A stretch of 48,328 nucleotides of DNA from Candidatus Berkelbacteria bacterium (GCA_037143235.1 JBAWZC010000006.1:1-48328), one strand, 5' to 3'. Shown: positions 10,301 to 19,569, counted from the stretch's first letter. Notes: a model not told the origin generated them from the letters alone. Made by a program: numbers and translations.

Positions 10301-13300
10301 AAGATCCAGAAGTATTGGGAACCTCTTGCCATACTGCCGCACCTGGTGTGTCATCCACACAGATCCATGCCTGTCCAGTTGATGGTATATACCATTGACT
10401 TTTGCCAGCAGTGTAAGGAGTTTTGTTCGTTTCCGCAGGAAAGTATCTCCTCACAGCATAATCAGTGCCTCCATAAGTTGAAGCTGATAAGTCGTAAAAT
10501 ACTGTCCCATCTCCAGAAACTACCGTTCCAGTCGCACCGTTGTATCCGACAGTAGTTTGCGTTGCCCAACCATTCGATGTGATAACCACGGAAGCATTAC
10601 CAGAACCAACAACTGTTATCATGGCCTTTTGCCCATCATCACTTATGCTTGAATATGAAAAATAGTTGATTCTTCCAATTTCTTCCGTAAACGACCCTCC
10701 ACTGTTAGAAGAATATTGATTCCCCCACATGACATATTGACCGTTCGCAGAGCTTGATATATTACATGTTTGTTGCCGGTACCCATGCCATGGGTCATCG
10801 GTAGCGACCGATGTCCATGATGTACCACCGTTGGTAGATTTTTTTAGCGTCGTGATGCCTGTACCGTCGGAATAAACGGCCGCATACAATATCTGCCCAT
10901 CGTCCGATAAGGTCGCTGCCGAACCTCGTGTGACACCGAGCGCGCTATTGAATGTCCATGAACCACCTGAATCAACAGAGAGGTAAACCCCCTGCGCACC
11001 ACTCGAGCCATCCCGCACGGCAATCATTTTTGTGCCACCGCCCGATACGCCTGCATCCTGCCACGCTGTCTCGGTTTTGGACCGAGTCCATGAAGTGCCA
11101 GAGTTTGTTGAGACGTAGATACCGTTGGTTGAGTCAACGACGACAACCGTCGCGCCAGAGTCCGAACAGTGAATCGTTTTCGCCGAAGCGAAGGAATTGC
11201 CGATAGAAAGGTTGGTCCACGAAACGCCGAAATTAGTTGACTTCTGAATCTCACCACTAGTGGAAGTACCAGAGTAAATAACTTGGCCATCCGAAGAAGT
11301 TGCAAGACCATATGCAAGTCCGCCCACAGGTGACACTGGTATCCATCTTATCGGAGCACTAGTGCTACTATCATCAAATGCATTTGGGAGTCTGGTTGCC
11401 GATATATTGTTGTTGAAACTACCACTTGCGCCAGCCCCTCCACCATCCACCGTCATATTGTAGAAATCATAGCCCGCGCCAGTACCGCCACTATTAATAG
11501 TTCTATCAGGGAATGAACCATTAAAATTGACCGTGCTTGTCCCCTTGGTAAATTCACCGCCAGTATTATTCCAACTACCGCCAATATTTAGGGTGTAGCT
11601 TCCCGCGTTTAATTGGCCAGCTGCCAAATTGATATCACCATCGTCATTTAGGTTATTAGCCAGAGTGATGGTGTCGGTGTAGCCAGAGTTAACGGAAAGC
11701 GACTTGATGTGATTTGTAAAGCTTGTGTCAAGCGTGGAAGCTTTAGTCGAGGTAGCATCGAAAATGATATCATCGGTATCAACTGGTGTAAGATTACCGG
11801 TCCAGTTGATAGCACAAGTCCAATTGTATTCATTTCCGGCACCACAAGTTGAAGTTGTGCCACGACCTGTCCAAATCCTAGTGCCGTAGGCCAAAAAACT
11901 GACAGCAATGGTGTGATCGGCGGTGACGCTGGTAAATGTGTATGGAGAACTCAAAGTGCCAGACAAAGAAACATTGTCGATTTTAATGTCGGAAATGTAA
12001 TAAAGACCAGATGGAGTAATGGTAAACGCCCGAGAAGCTCCATCGTCAACTGTTGCGGTTGGCGTTGGCGAGATAGTGCCGTTGCCGCCGACGACCGAGG
12101 AAGCAATGGTGTGAACGGCCAAAGTTGATGCATTAGCTGTGGTGCCATAAGCTGTTGCGACACTGTCACCGTTTTGGGCGGCCACCGAGTAAGTATAGCT
12201 AGTATTGGCGGTCAACCCCGAATTAGATATTGGCGAATTCCAAGTGCCGGCCGTTTGCCAAACCGCACTATCGCCCATGGTACCATTGGCCTGAATATAT
12301 TTGGTCGTGGAACTGTAAACTACCTTGATCGCAAATGTTGTGGAGGCAGGATTGGAATTGACATCGATCGTCACTGGGACGGTCGAGGAAGTTGGCGTAC
12401 CCAGAGTTGGAACAGCAGGCACATTGGCGAGGGTATATTTGGCGGCAGAGGATGATAGTGCAGTATTGGTCTTGTCACCGTTTCGGGCAATGACCTTGTA
12501 AGTGTGTTGAGTATTGACTGATAGGCCAGTGTCAACAAAACCAGAACCGCTGCCCCAGTTGGCGTAGGTGCGCCAGTGGTTGGCGTCATCACTGATCGAT
12601 TCGCAAGCATTGGTGGTGTAATTGAGGAAAGTCGAATCGCCATCGCAAGAGATAGCAAACTCTGTCCCAGCAGGATTGGAATTTACATTAATAATAGAAG
12701 TCAATGAAGTGGCTGAGGTGGCGTTCACTGTTGGAGCACCTGGAACATTGGCTAGAGTGTATTTTGGTGCTGAATATGCTGGAGCAGAATCACCAAAAGT
12801 ATTTGTCGCAATAACCTTGGCACAATATTGCGTATTAACAGACTTACTAGTAACAGCTTGTGTGATCGCATTGGCCGCTGTTGTAAAATCTGGTGTTCCT
12901 GAATAAGAAGCTGTTGAACAATCGGCTACCCCAGCAGCGACATAGACCTTGAAACCAGTCTCATCGGAAGAATTATCGGTCCAGCCAACAGTGAATCCAG
13001 TCGTTGACGGTAAAGTAATCGCCACGCCACTCGGAGCACTTGGCGCACTTCCAGGCAGTGTATCCACTCCCCCCTGCCAAGCCAATAATGGATAGGTCGT
13101 CCCACCGACCTCATCAAGCGTCCAGACATTTGGAAAATCCCATTCACCAGGGTCTGTACCAGCTGGAACAAAAGTTGCATGCTGCTTCATTTGTGCAGTG
13201 GTCTGAGGTGTAATGCCGGCAACGGGATCGGACACATTGCCGATGCTCGGCAAGTTATTAATAGTGTGGTCAAAATAGTTTGAGGCATAATTATTCTCGG

Positions 13301-15755
13301 AGGCATCGTAACCGATAAATCCGCCGATGCTACCACCACTCCCAACTACGGCACCTGTTGAATAACTATTGGTGATAGCATACCCATTATAACCGACAAA
13401 GCCGCCGATGTTACCACCACTCCCCGTTACAACACCAGTTGAATAACTGTTTGTGATAGTGCCGTAATTTTTACCGACAAAGCCGCCAAGGTTATACGAA
13501 TCCGCACTAACATTCTGGACACTGGCGACCGAATAACTGTATGTTGTGGTGCCGTAATTGTAACCGACAAGACCACCGGTAGCGTCATGATAATACTGAG
13601 TTACAATGCTGCCAGTTACATAGCTATTAGTCACGGTGCCTTCATTTAAACCGACAAGGCCACCGACCCCATAAGCACCTGTGCCAGCCGATATGCTAAT
13701 GTTAGTCAGACCAACATTTTTAATTACAGACGAAGAACTTGATACGTACCCGAACAAACCAATAGCACTAACGCCAGAACTATTAATAGTCAATTGATCA
13801 ATTGTTTTGCCGTTACCATCGAAATTACCATTAAAGCGGGTAACGCCATCAGAACCTATACCTATTGGTATAAACCCAGCACCGCCGTTCCAAGATGAAG
13901 TTAGGGATGCATCAATATCGTTGGCCAATTTATACGAAGCACCAAGATTTAACTGCATATTTTGAAGCTGGTTCAGAGTACAAATCAAATATGGATCACC
14001 GACAGTTCCAGTCCCGCCACAACTAATCTCCCAAGCCAAATGAGGATAACCAACACCCTCATTAATTGTCCAATCATTATTGGTAGTTGGCGGAAAAGTC
14101 CAGCCAGAAAAAGTCGATTTTGTCTTCATCTGCACGGTGGTGTCTTGCTCTATGCCTGTAACTGGGTCAGTCTTGTTGCCGACACTCTTCATATTGCTTT
14201 TGTCATGGTCAAAGTGGTTAGCAGTATATATTGTTGGATCACCGTCATATTCACCAGCCGAGTCATAACCGACAAAACCACCTTTTCTCGAAGTGCTACC
14301 ATTAAGAGTACCGGAAAAGTAAGAATGATCTTTGTCACCACTCCAGTTGTAACCAGCTATTCCTCCTAAACAACTATTGGGGGTATTGCCTGTCGTGATG
14401 TTGCCAGAAGCGTAAGAATTGGAAATAGTAGCACCAGAATAGCCCACTAATCCACCAGCCACACCCCAGTCTTGTGTGGAAGTCACATCGCCGGTGGCAT
14501 AAGAATTAGAAATAGTGCCATCAAACTCACCAGCCAATCCGCCTGCTTCGTTATTAGCGACGATATTACCTGTGGCGTAGGAGTCGGTAATCGTTCCACC
14601 ACTGCCATCACCGACTAAACCTCCCGCTCGGTCAGTTGAAGTAACATCTCTGATAGCCGAAGAATTGGAAATAGTTATAGTTCCGTCTGATTGTCCAACT
14701 AGTCCTCCAGACTTCCACGAATTATTACCCGAACTATTAATAGTAACGGCTGTATGGCAATTGGTAATCGTGACCGAGGAATTATAATTGATAGACCCTA
14801 TAAGGCCACCCGCGCCCCCACTGTTCCACCCATTAGAGGTAGCATTTATTGTCCCAGTCACAGTCACATTGGTGATCGAACCAGTCCAATATGATGTGCC
14901 CGAAACTAAACCTCCAACATTTATATTGTTACCAGGGTCGTCAATATCGATATTGGTCAGATTTAGATCTTTGATTTTGGATGTACTGCTGAGGTTAGAT
15001 AGTAGACCGCTAGAATCAAACCAAGAACCATGCTGGTAGAAGCCATTGATAGTTTTGTTATTGCCATCAAAATCATAGCCACCCAGGTAGAGTCTATCCC
15101 AACCATGGCCACTATTCCAATAGCGCATTTGGGAGGCATCGCCGTTGAAGGTGTCAGCCAATTTGATATTAGCATCAGTATTGGAAGTACCAGCCAAACC
15201 ATACAGATCATAGATGACATGATTGCCACTACCATCAACAGTCCAACGATGGAAGCCACCACTAGCGACATTAAATTGACCAGTTGTGCTGGTAACAGCA
15301 AAAGTGTAGGACGGATTGGAGATAAATAAACCCTGATATTCTTTGGAAAATAGATTAGTTGCGGCAAAGTTTCTAGCTTGAGTGATGGTGCCACTATAGT
15401 CGTTAGTAATAGTCAAACTTTTGACTGTGCCGGCAAAACCGCTATCAATGGTGGAATCGTTAGCCGAAGTGACGTCAAAAACCACATCATCGCCAGCAGC
15501 TGGCACGCCCGTCGGTGACCAAGAGAGCGGATCCGACCATGTTGTGTGCGTTGTGCCATTGCCATTCCAGGTCTTCGTCGCAGCATAGGCCTTGGGAATA
15601 TTGCTTAACAGACTCGTTGTCAAGAAACCGACGATCAAAAGTAAAGCCATCAAGCTTATTGTCATTTTTCTGAATAACAAAATATGCTTACTCATATTTG
15701 AGAAAACATTATTCTGACTAGTGTGAAGTCTTCGCTTAAACAGCTTGAAAATCAT
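4311..15755 (-). CDS. Giant (3814 aa) secreted, membrane-anchored surface/adhesin-like protein
   Basis: Signal peptide ending AYA; GLUG-like GGLVG repeats; fibronectin-III-like WTDNSxxE units; five InlB-B/Flg_new-like repeats; BNR/Asp-box (SxDxGxxW) and NHL (PxGIAIDxxGNVWV) propellers; C-terminal TM helices with carboxypeptidase-regulatory-like domains; SD GAGGAG. Confidence 0.88.
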   Translation of the reverse strand: MIFKLFKRRLHTSQNNVFSNMSKHILLFRKMTISLMALLLIVGFLTTSLLSNIPKAYAATKTWNGNGTTHTTWSDPLSWSPTGVPAAGDDVVFDVTSANDSTIDSGFAGTVKSLTITNDYSGTITQARNFAATNLFSKEYQGLFISNPSYTFAVTSTTGQFNVASGGFHRWTVDGSGNHVIYDLYGLAGTSNTDANIKLADTFNGDASQMRYWNSGHGWDRLYLGGYDFDGNNKTINGFYQHGSWFDSSGLLSNLSSTSKIKDLNLTNIDIDDPGNNINVGGLVSGTSYWTGSITNVTVTGTINATSNGWNSGGAGGLIGSINYNSSVTITNCHTAVTINSSGNNSWKSGGLVGQSDGTITISNSSAIRDVTSTDRAGGLVGDGSGGTITDSYATGNIVANNEAGGLAGEFDGTISNSYATGDVTSTQDWGVAGGLVGYSGATISNSYASGNITTGNTPNSCLGGIAGYNWSGDKDHSYFSGTLNGSTSRKGGFVGYDSAGEYDGDPTIYTANHFDHDKSNMKSVGNKTDPVTGIEQDTTVQMKTKSTFSGWTFPPTTNNDWTINEGVGYPHLAWEISCGGTGTVGDPYLICTLNQLQNMQLNLGASYKLANDIDASLTSSWNGGAGFIPIGIGSDGVTRFNGNFDGNGKTIDQLTINSSGVSAIGLFGYVSSSSSVIKNVGLTNISISAGTGAYGVGGLVGLNEGTVTNSYVTGSIVTQYYHDATGGLVGYNYGTTTYSYSVASVQNVSADSYNLGGFVGKNYGTITNSYSTGVVTGSGGNIGGFVGYNGYAITNSYSTGAVVGSGGSIGGFIGYDASENNYASNYFDHTINNLPSIGNVSDPVAGITPQTTAQMKQHATFVPAGTDPGEWDFPNVWTLDEVGGTTYPLLAWQGGVDTLPGSAPSAPSGVAITLPSTTGFTVGWTDNSSDETGFKVYVAAGVADCSTASYSGTPDFTTAANAITQAVTSKSVNTQYCAKVIATNTFGDSAPAYSAPKYTLANVPGAPTVNATSATSLTSIINVNSNPAGTEFAISCDGDSTFLNYTTNACESISDDANHWRTYANWGSGSGFVDTGLSVNTQHTYKVIARNGDKTNTALSSSAAKYTLANVPAVPTLGTPTSSTVPVTIDVNSNPASTTFAIKVVYSSTTKYIQANGTMGDSAVWQTAGTWNSPISNSGLTANTSYTYSVAAQNGDSVATAYGTTANASTLAVHTIASSVVGGNGTISPTPTATVDDGASRAFTITPSGLYYISDIKIDNVSLSGTLSSPYTFTSVTADHTIAVSFLAYGTRIWTGRGTTSTCGAGNEYNWTCAINWTGNLTPVDTDDIIFDATSTKASTLDTSFTNHIKSLSVNSGYTDTITLANNLNDDGDINLAAGQLNAGSYTLNIGGSWNNTGGEFTKGTSTVNFNGSFPDRTINSGGTGAGYDFYNMTVDGGGAGASGSFNNNISATRLPNAFDDSSTSAPIRWIPVSPVGGLAYGLATSSDGQVIYSGTSTSGEIQKSTNFGVSWTNLSIGNSFASAKTIHCSDSGATVVVVDSTNGIYVSTNSGTSWTRSKTETAWQDAGVSGGGTKMIAVRDGSSGAQGVYLSVDSGGSWTFNSALGVTRGSAATLSDDGQILYAAVYSDGTGITTLKKSTNGGTSWTSVATDDPWHGYRQQTCNISSSANGQYVMWGNQYSSNSGGSFTEEIGRINYFSYSSISDDGQKAMITVVGSGNASVVITSNGWATQTTVGYNGATGTVVSGDGTVFYDLSASTYGGTDYAVRRYFPAETNKTPYTAGKSQWYIPSTGQAWICVDDTPGAAVWQEVPNTSGSYFLTSAISATNNLTFSSGSFDASGYDLIAGNVIQSGGTFTAPTSGKSFIVNGGWNHSSGTFVPGTGTVTLAGDALIQGNTTFNNFTANTSGKTLTFAAASEQTISGTLNLLNSTAGTLALVSASPSSQWKIKPQETKAIANASGTVSVTDSNCTATDACEKDNTGSNSNITLVSGNTNWPYIFIPIVTTQSASSVTSNSAIGNGNITNIGGESNTVRGFEYATDTSSGHDCSTRGSISTAYDSGSYTAGAYTKGISGLVANTYYCARAYATNTAGSGYGSWVSFATLATHTLAYSAAAHGSIVGTTPQTIDYGGNGTQVTATPAANYHFVSWSDSVMTAARTDLNVTGDISVTATFAIDTYALTYSAGAHGSVVGISPQAVNYGSNGTQVTATPAANYHFVKWSDNNSTNPVRTDTNVTADITTTASFAIDTHTLTYSAEANGSIVGTSPQTVDYGSNGTQVTATPATNYHFVSWSDSVMTAARTDLNVTANITVTASFTLDAYALTYSAGAHGSIVGTSPQTVNYGSNGTQVTATPATGYHFVKWSDNNSTNPVRTDTNITAAITTIASFAIDTYTLTYSAGANGSIVGSTPQTVNHGSNGTQVTATPSANYHFVSWSDAYPTAARTDLNVTANISVTATFADNSTCTWSGGGADNNWSTAANWVSNIKPTAICDVVFDSTSGKNSIIDPSFADHVKSLSINTGYTGTITLARDLNVDNNVSLVAGTIDGSSSHFAFNVTGSWTNTGATFAINKPSINFNGIGEKTISTNNQAFYDVTIAGQGTPVVTGSTWVPSINSSNMTQLSNAGVVVGASVTGTSPWGVAIDPSGYVWVANRTTNNVSKFDNYGHLVGAYAVGSYPEGIAIDASGNVWVTNRDSNNVSKLSNLGVLLGTYGVGATPYGIAVDSLGNVWVANTGGSTVTKFSNSGIRLGVYNSGANPYGIAIDASDNVWVTNLNPNTVTKILNNGHLQATYSTGNHPAGIAIDANANVWVANYADNNVMKFDSAGSLLGTYNVGITPQGVAIDAAGNVWVANYASNTVAKLSSTGGLLGSYNVGSGPYSLGDMTGFIMQYFVQKNTGIGASYSLASDLSVVNNFTLSSGAFSAGLNNLTTNNFIQTGGRFTAPASGKNFDISGSFNHSFGVFLHNSGTVNLNGVSAQAVNGCTVFNNLNVISTSARTISFEARATVGVEGSFGAVGTSNNLINLISSVDGTPFILSKTNGVVLSDYLSIKDSTATGGAEWYAGSNSVNGGDNDGWIFGNAGGNAPPVTTSAIAAPSDVVIRSVTNNSFVVGWTDNSDNEVYFKIYLSNSPNGDCSRATYRAANSPDYTVTVNVHSRQVINRLPATQYCAKVVATNAIVSSAPAYSANRSTLANVPGAPVASALNPSQLSVKFTPNDNATAARYAVYDEATGKYVNQSDGQLHVLPDWQTYSVWGGTNGLIVSGLGADTRHSFKIKARNSDGIETVLSASAARYTFSSVPKLAIVKNGSSLKLVADTNGNSINSRYAFYVSTPGGDKYVRQSDGTLQDNIDWQSYADWGGDNGFVVNNLVKNTEYSFKVKAINSENIQTAYSDGVSADVNETSYQLNISGDENTIIDSDSIVNLVEGSDFSLTISAKDGYRVKEVFVDGRSMGRLTRYSLANIRANHTIVIVTEKNQLISSIADTITNILEKISIAPVNASTVIAVAAVASAAAIIPLVAISNMASFAGAASATQSAATSIWQFFVGLFGVKTALRRKKSGRIVEYGTNAPLPGVKVGIYQVIDVPGASAPVQKLLTSVYTDDQGYFGAVVEPGKYIIRIFKDKYLLAPPSALVIGTIFEIKTERDSLVMPNIQLTMDPKAAEANLRMLLIFKNIEIGLSIFSFLALVIGSIIIIDGLVREPSRLVYILAGVYALIWVFDLRFLLKKSPWGIVSDADTHQSLPLTMIRILDKAGSKLIRTAVSNKNGKYSVLLPKGQYTLLASHPGYDLARLGDLDTQHRNSIINRKIEMKRQ
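8371..9437 (-). repeat. Five tandem ~70-aa InlB-B-like coding repeats
   Basis: TYxLTYSAGAxGSIVGTxPQTVxYGSNGTQVTATPxxxYHFVxWSD...RTDxNVT five times, with high DNA identity. Confidence 0.9.
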
Positions 15756-15867
15756 ACTCTCCTCGCCAGTAGAAAAAGATTTGCATCAGTCCCCTCCTGA
15801 TGTAGATATAATTATACGCAAAAAAATTTATATAAAAAAGATTTTTATATTTGTCCACTTAGAGCTA

Positions 15868-16245
15868 CTACTTGCCGGTTACAGCGTTCTCAATGTAATC
15901 AATTTCTCCGCTCTGGAAGTCAACTCCTGCCACATCTATACGAATATTTCTGTCATCGCCCAAAATTTGTATCAATTCACGGGCAAGTTGTCGCAACTTG
16001 TCTTGCTTTTTTCTGTTCACATAGCCTATCGCTTGACCAAATTTGTCTGCTGTCACTGTTTTAACCTCGACAATGACAGTTACGCCGCCTTTTTCGGCCA
16101 GAATATCAATCTCACCAGTCCTCATAAATTTATTTCTGTCCAATATTTTGTATTGTTTGGCTAAGAGATAGTCGCAAACCATGGACTCGCCGGAGTTCCC
16201 TGTCTCTTTGCGCTGGTAACCAATGCTTAAGATAGGACTTGCCAT
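15868..16245 (-). CDS. YraN (UPF0102) family PD-(D/E)XK protein
   Basis: GExxxxxYL...GEIDIL...VEVK...RIDV motifs. Confidence 0.9.
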   Translation of the reverse strand: MASPILSIGYQRKETGNSGESMVCDYLLAKQYKILDRNKFMRTGEIDILAEKGGVTVIVEVKTVTADKFGQAIGYVNRKKQDKLRQLARELIQILGDDRNIRIDVAGVDFQSGEIDYIENAVTGK

Positions 16246-16844
16246 GCGATCAATCCAGTCATAATCACGACAAGAGTAATTGTTATGATCAAATAAATAT
16301 TTTGATATCGATCAAAATGATTTAATTTGCGCCACGAGTCCCTGTGTGTCTGGTAATCATTCACAACTGCTGGTGCACTTTCTTCCTGCGTCGCTGTAGT
16401 ATCGCCTCGTAAAACTGGTGAGTCGGTGGAGAGCTGTGAATTCGTTATCGGTGTGGTTTCACTTTTCCCCTCTCCTGTGATTGACTCAATGTCTTTACTG
16501 GCTTGGTTTGTCGCTAGTTGCAGATTTTGATTTAACTGTGTTACTTGCCCCTGGATGCCCAGTATCAGTTTATTGACCTCAGAAATCCTTTCGTCCTGAC
16601 TCTCGATATGTTTTTGCTGGTTTCTGATTACCTCTTTCAGAAACTCGGCTTGTTCGTGATCGATCGCGCTTGAAACCGGTTTTTGCTCGATACTATCAGG
16701 CAAACCAAGATTAGCGTAGGCCACTTCTCTGACTTGACCGTTCTTTCGAGACTTATAAGTCCCGTCCTTGACTCGACGCTGTATTGTCTTGGTAGACACC
16801 TTTAGCAGCTTTGCTGCGTCGTACATTGTCACCCACTCTTTCAT
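16227..16844 (-). CDS. Excisionase/MerR-like HTH protein with coiled coil and C-terminal TM helix
   Basis: DAAKLLKVSTKTIQRRVKDG HTH; Q/E-rich heptads; hydrophobic C-terminus; AGGAGG SD before ATG 16844. Confidence 0.75.
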   Translation of the reverse strand: MKEWVTMYDAAKLLKVSTKTIQRRVKDGTYKSRKNGQVREVAYANLGLPDSIEQKPVSSAIDHEQAEFLKEVIRNQQKHIESQDERISEVNKLILGIQGQVTQLNQNLQLATNQASKDIESITGEGKSETTPITNSQLSTDSPVLRGDTTATQEESAPAVVNDYQTHRDSWRKLNHFDRYQNIYLIITITLVVIMTGLIAWQVLS

Positions 16845-16945
16845 AGCTGTCCTCCTGTTAATAAGACAATTATACCAACGCTGTCGAAAGCTGTCTAGAC
16901 GAATTGTCCACAATGACCAAACCAATCCAATTCAATCACATAATT

Positions 16946-17097
16946 GTCTGGATTCCTGTGTAGGTCATTCGACTCTGAGGGAAGAACCCTCATGCTCAGA
17001 CTCGATGAGCAGGAATCCAGTCGTGAATATTAATTCGAGAACACACTGTTCTTGACGCTAATGGTGTGATGAGATTCCGGATCAGGTCCGGAATGAC
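16946..17097. repeat. Composite palindromic element
   Basis: CTGGATTCCTG...CAGGAATCCAG long inverted repeat, plus a GATTCCGGATCAGGTCCGGAATGAC half-element at 17073-17097. Confidence 0.65.
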
Positions 17098-17111
17098 AAA
17101 ATAATTCGTAC

Positions 17112-17137
17112 AAAAAAAACGAGCCGAAGCTCGTTTT
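17112..17137 (-). terminator. Intrinsic terminator after rplS
   Basis: AAAACGAGC-TTCG-GCTCGTTTTTTTT on the minus strand. Confidence 0.85.
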
Positions 17138-17161
17138 AATATATTTGGACAATTTATACTA

Positions 17162-17659
17162 TTACTCGACGATACGATCGCCAGCAAGTGCTTTGGCCTT
17201 TGCCTCAAGCTCGGCGTCTTCTGCTGCTTTTTTGGCAGCTTCAGCTTCAGCCTTTGCAGCAACTTCAGCCTGCAATTTCTCAATCTCTTCTTCTGCCCCT
17301 TTTTCTTCCCAGACTTTGTGATCTCGATTTAGCTCTTTGATACGAGCATTTTTACCAGACAATTCTCTCATATAGTAAAGCTTGCTTCGTCGCACCTTTG
17401 ACTGTTTGATCAGCTCAACTTTGATAATACGAGGGCTGTGAAGAGGAAATATTCTTTCTACACCAATACCGAAAGATTCTTTTCTAACAGTGAATGTTCC
17501 ATTCAAACCTGCGCCGTGTTTGACAGCGATGACCAAGCCTTCGAAGATCTGAACTCTCTCCTTGACACCCTCAGTGACCTTCAAGTGAACTTTAACAGTA
17601 TCTCCTGGCCGAACGGCTGGAACACGCTTTTTTGTATATTTTTCAAGAATCTTTTCCAT
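17162..17659 (-). CDS. rplS: 50S ribosomal protein L19 with charged C-terminal extension
   Basis: RPGDTVKVH...ERVQIFEG...[11 protein letters not shown]...KVRRSKLYY. Confidence 0.97.
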   Translation of the reverse strand: MEKILEKYTKKRVPAVRPGDTVKVHLKVTEGVKERVQIFEGLVIAVKHGAGLNGTFTVRKESFGIGVERIFPLHSPRIIKVELIKQSKVRRSKLYYMRELSGKNARIKELNRDHKVWEEKGAEEEIEKLQAEVAAKAEAEAAKKAAEDAELEAKAKALAGDRIVE

Positions 17660-17681
17660 AATACACTCTTACTTAAAATTA

Positions 17682-17972
17682 TTATTTAGCTTCAGTTTCA
17701 GCTTCAACATGAACAAATCTTCTCTTGGCTGGATTGCCAGTGAAAGCTGTAACTTTTTTATGCTGAAATTTAACGATACCAGCGGTTTGGGCATATAAAG
17801 TATTATCTCCACCCATCGAAACATTGATGCCAGGGTGGAATTTTGTCCCGCGTTGTCTGACGATGATACCACCAGCAGTGACCTTTTGGTCACCAAAAAC
17901 TTTGACCCCAAGTCTCTTGGACTCTGAGTCTCTACCCAGTCTGGTACTACCAGCAGCTTTCTTATGTGCCAT
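17682..17972 (-). CDS. rpmA: 50S ribosomal protein L27
   Basis: [24 protein letters not shown]...IIVRQRGT. Confidence 0.97.
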   Translation of the reverse strand: MAHKKAAGSTRLGRDSESKRLGVKVFGDQKVTAGGIIVRQRGTKFHPGINVSMGGDNTLYAQTAGIVKFQHKKVTAFTGNPAKRRFVHVEAETEAK

Positions 17973-18029
17973 AACAACTCCATTAGAATAACCAATAATC
18001 AAGAAACAAATTACAAATATAAAGTTTGG

Positions 18030-19262
18030 TTATTGTATCTTGGTGATTGGTAATTGCAAAATACAAATCTGTCTCTTTACAACTTGATAACCCCGACCGT
18101 AAACGAGCGGCGTACACAATTCAATATAGCCCAATTTTTTGATTTCGTCAACAATCTCAGCATAAAGATCATATTTTTTTCTCTCCAGCGTCTCAACCAC
18201 CGGAAACACCAAACAAATTACTGGTTTCACGGCCAACTTTGCGGCATTCGCCAAAAAGTCTAAATACAGTTTTTTTATCAGAACATACTCGTCTTGAACG
18301 GATGACATCTCTTCCGATTCCCTTTTGGGCCGTCCCAAATAAGGTTCACCAACCAAAATCGCATTGTCATATTTCACAATTATTGGCGAGAGAGAATCAA
18401 TTAATTTTTCACTTTTTGCATCAATCTTGTCGATATATGAAAACGGGATCGAAGATAAAGACAAAAACTTCTTAGCAAACCACTCTATATTAACCTTGGA
18501 ATCTTCGATCGCTAGCAGCGAAATATCACTACCAAAAGAGTCCAGTCTTAGAGACATTGCTTCGATCAAAACACTACCACTACCGCAAAATGGGTCAATA
18601 ACAAGACAAGACGCGTCCTGTCCCTTGGTCTGCCCTAAGGCCAAATTGATCATCGCTCTGGCAAGTTTGGGCGGCAACATCCCAGACATTTTGTCGCTGC
18701 GAGGCTTGCCGTAATCGATCTCTGACCAACGATCAGGATCGTACGCCCAGACCAAACGACCAAAAACATACTGATCCTCGCGGCCAAAAACCGCGTATTC
18801 TATCTTCTTGGTCGAGTACAAGTTTTTGGACAACGGTGCGGAGACTTCTGTCGAACCTTTTAATTCAATATAACGAGTCGAGCGACCAGATTTCTTCAGA
18901 TTTGATTTGATTGCGAAACCCAGCCGATTGATTTTACTCAGATCAATATCAGAATAACTAGACAGAGCGAAATCCTTGATAAGAAATTTTTGTCTCATCT
19001 CCTCTAGTATTGTCGGGTACAAATCATCAAAATTACTTTCGCCCGAGCAGAGACGAAATATCTTAGTTGTCCCAGAAAGTCTTTCAGCGAGATCTTTTAT
19101 TGAATCAGCAGAGATTTGCAGGTTGATGAAAGCAATATTGTCGGATACACTATCAATATCAAAACAAATACCAAAATATTCTAAAACGGCTTTGACTTCA
19201 GCCAAGCAAAGCTCTATCTCTCTACCCAAGACAAAAATATATTTTTGTTTTACTTCTTCCAT
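18030..19262 (-). CDS. Trm11/TrmG10-like SAM-dependent RNA methyltransferase
   Basis: GMLPPKLARAMINL and IDPFCGSGS motifs, plus an EPY motif IV. Confidence 0.8.
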   Translation of the reverse strand: MEEVKQKYIFVLGREIELCLAEVKAVLEYFGICFDIDSVSDNIAFINLQISADSIKDLAERLSGTTKIFRLCSGESNFDDLYPTILEEMRQKFLIKDFALSSYSDIDLSKINRLGFAIKSNLKKSGRSTRYIELKGSTEVSAPLSKNLYSTKKIEYAVFGREDQYVFGRLVWAYDPDRWSEIDYGKPRSDKMSGMLPPKLARAMINLALGQTKGQDASCLVIDPFCGSGSVLIEAMSLRLDSFGSDISLLAIEDSKVNIEWFAKKFLSLSSIPFSYIDKIDAKSEKLIDSLSPIIVKYDNAILVGEPYLGRPKRESEEMSSVQDEYVLIKKLYLDFLANAAKLAVKPVICLVFPVVETLERKKYDLYAEIVDEIKKLGYIELCTPLVYGRGYQVVKRQICILQLPITKIQ

Positions 19263-19397
19263 TGCGAACAATTATAACACAGTTTAGTTAATTTATCCAT
19301 TTAGTCATTTAGTCATTTATTTAGGGCGAATGATCAATGTTCAAGTGTCAGTGTTCAATTAATAATCAAGTTGATAATTTATTAATGTTTTTGCCGT

Positions 19398-19493
19398 GTC
19401 ATTCCTGCGCAGGCAGGAATCTAGTATTAAGCCTAAGATATGTTCATCTTTACGCTTACGCTGTGACGGGATTCCTGCCTGCGCAGGAATGAC
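19398..19493. repeat. REP/dRS3-like paired palindrome element, family A
   Basis: GTCATTCCTGCGCAGGCAGGAATC...GATTCCTGCCTGCGCAGGAATGAC; spacer contains CTTACGCTGTGA. Confidence 0.9.
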
Positions 19494-19569
19494 AAACTGT
19501 TTAGTCATTAAATTATTTATTCAATTAGTCATTGATTCAGAAATTAGAAATTAGAAATTTATAAATTAT

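Noticed and set aside
4314-15394. Many short ORFs overlapping the giant gene
   Set aside because: Shadow or alternate-frame ORFs of a Ser/Thr/Gly-rich gene, with no SD or motifs.
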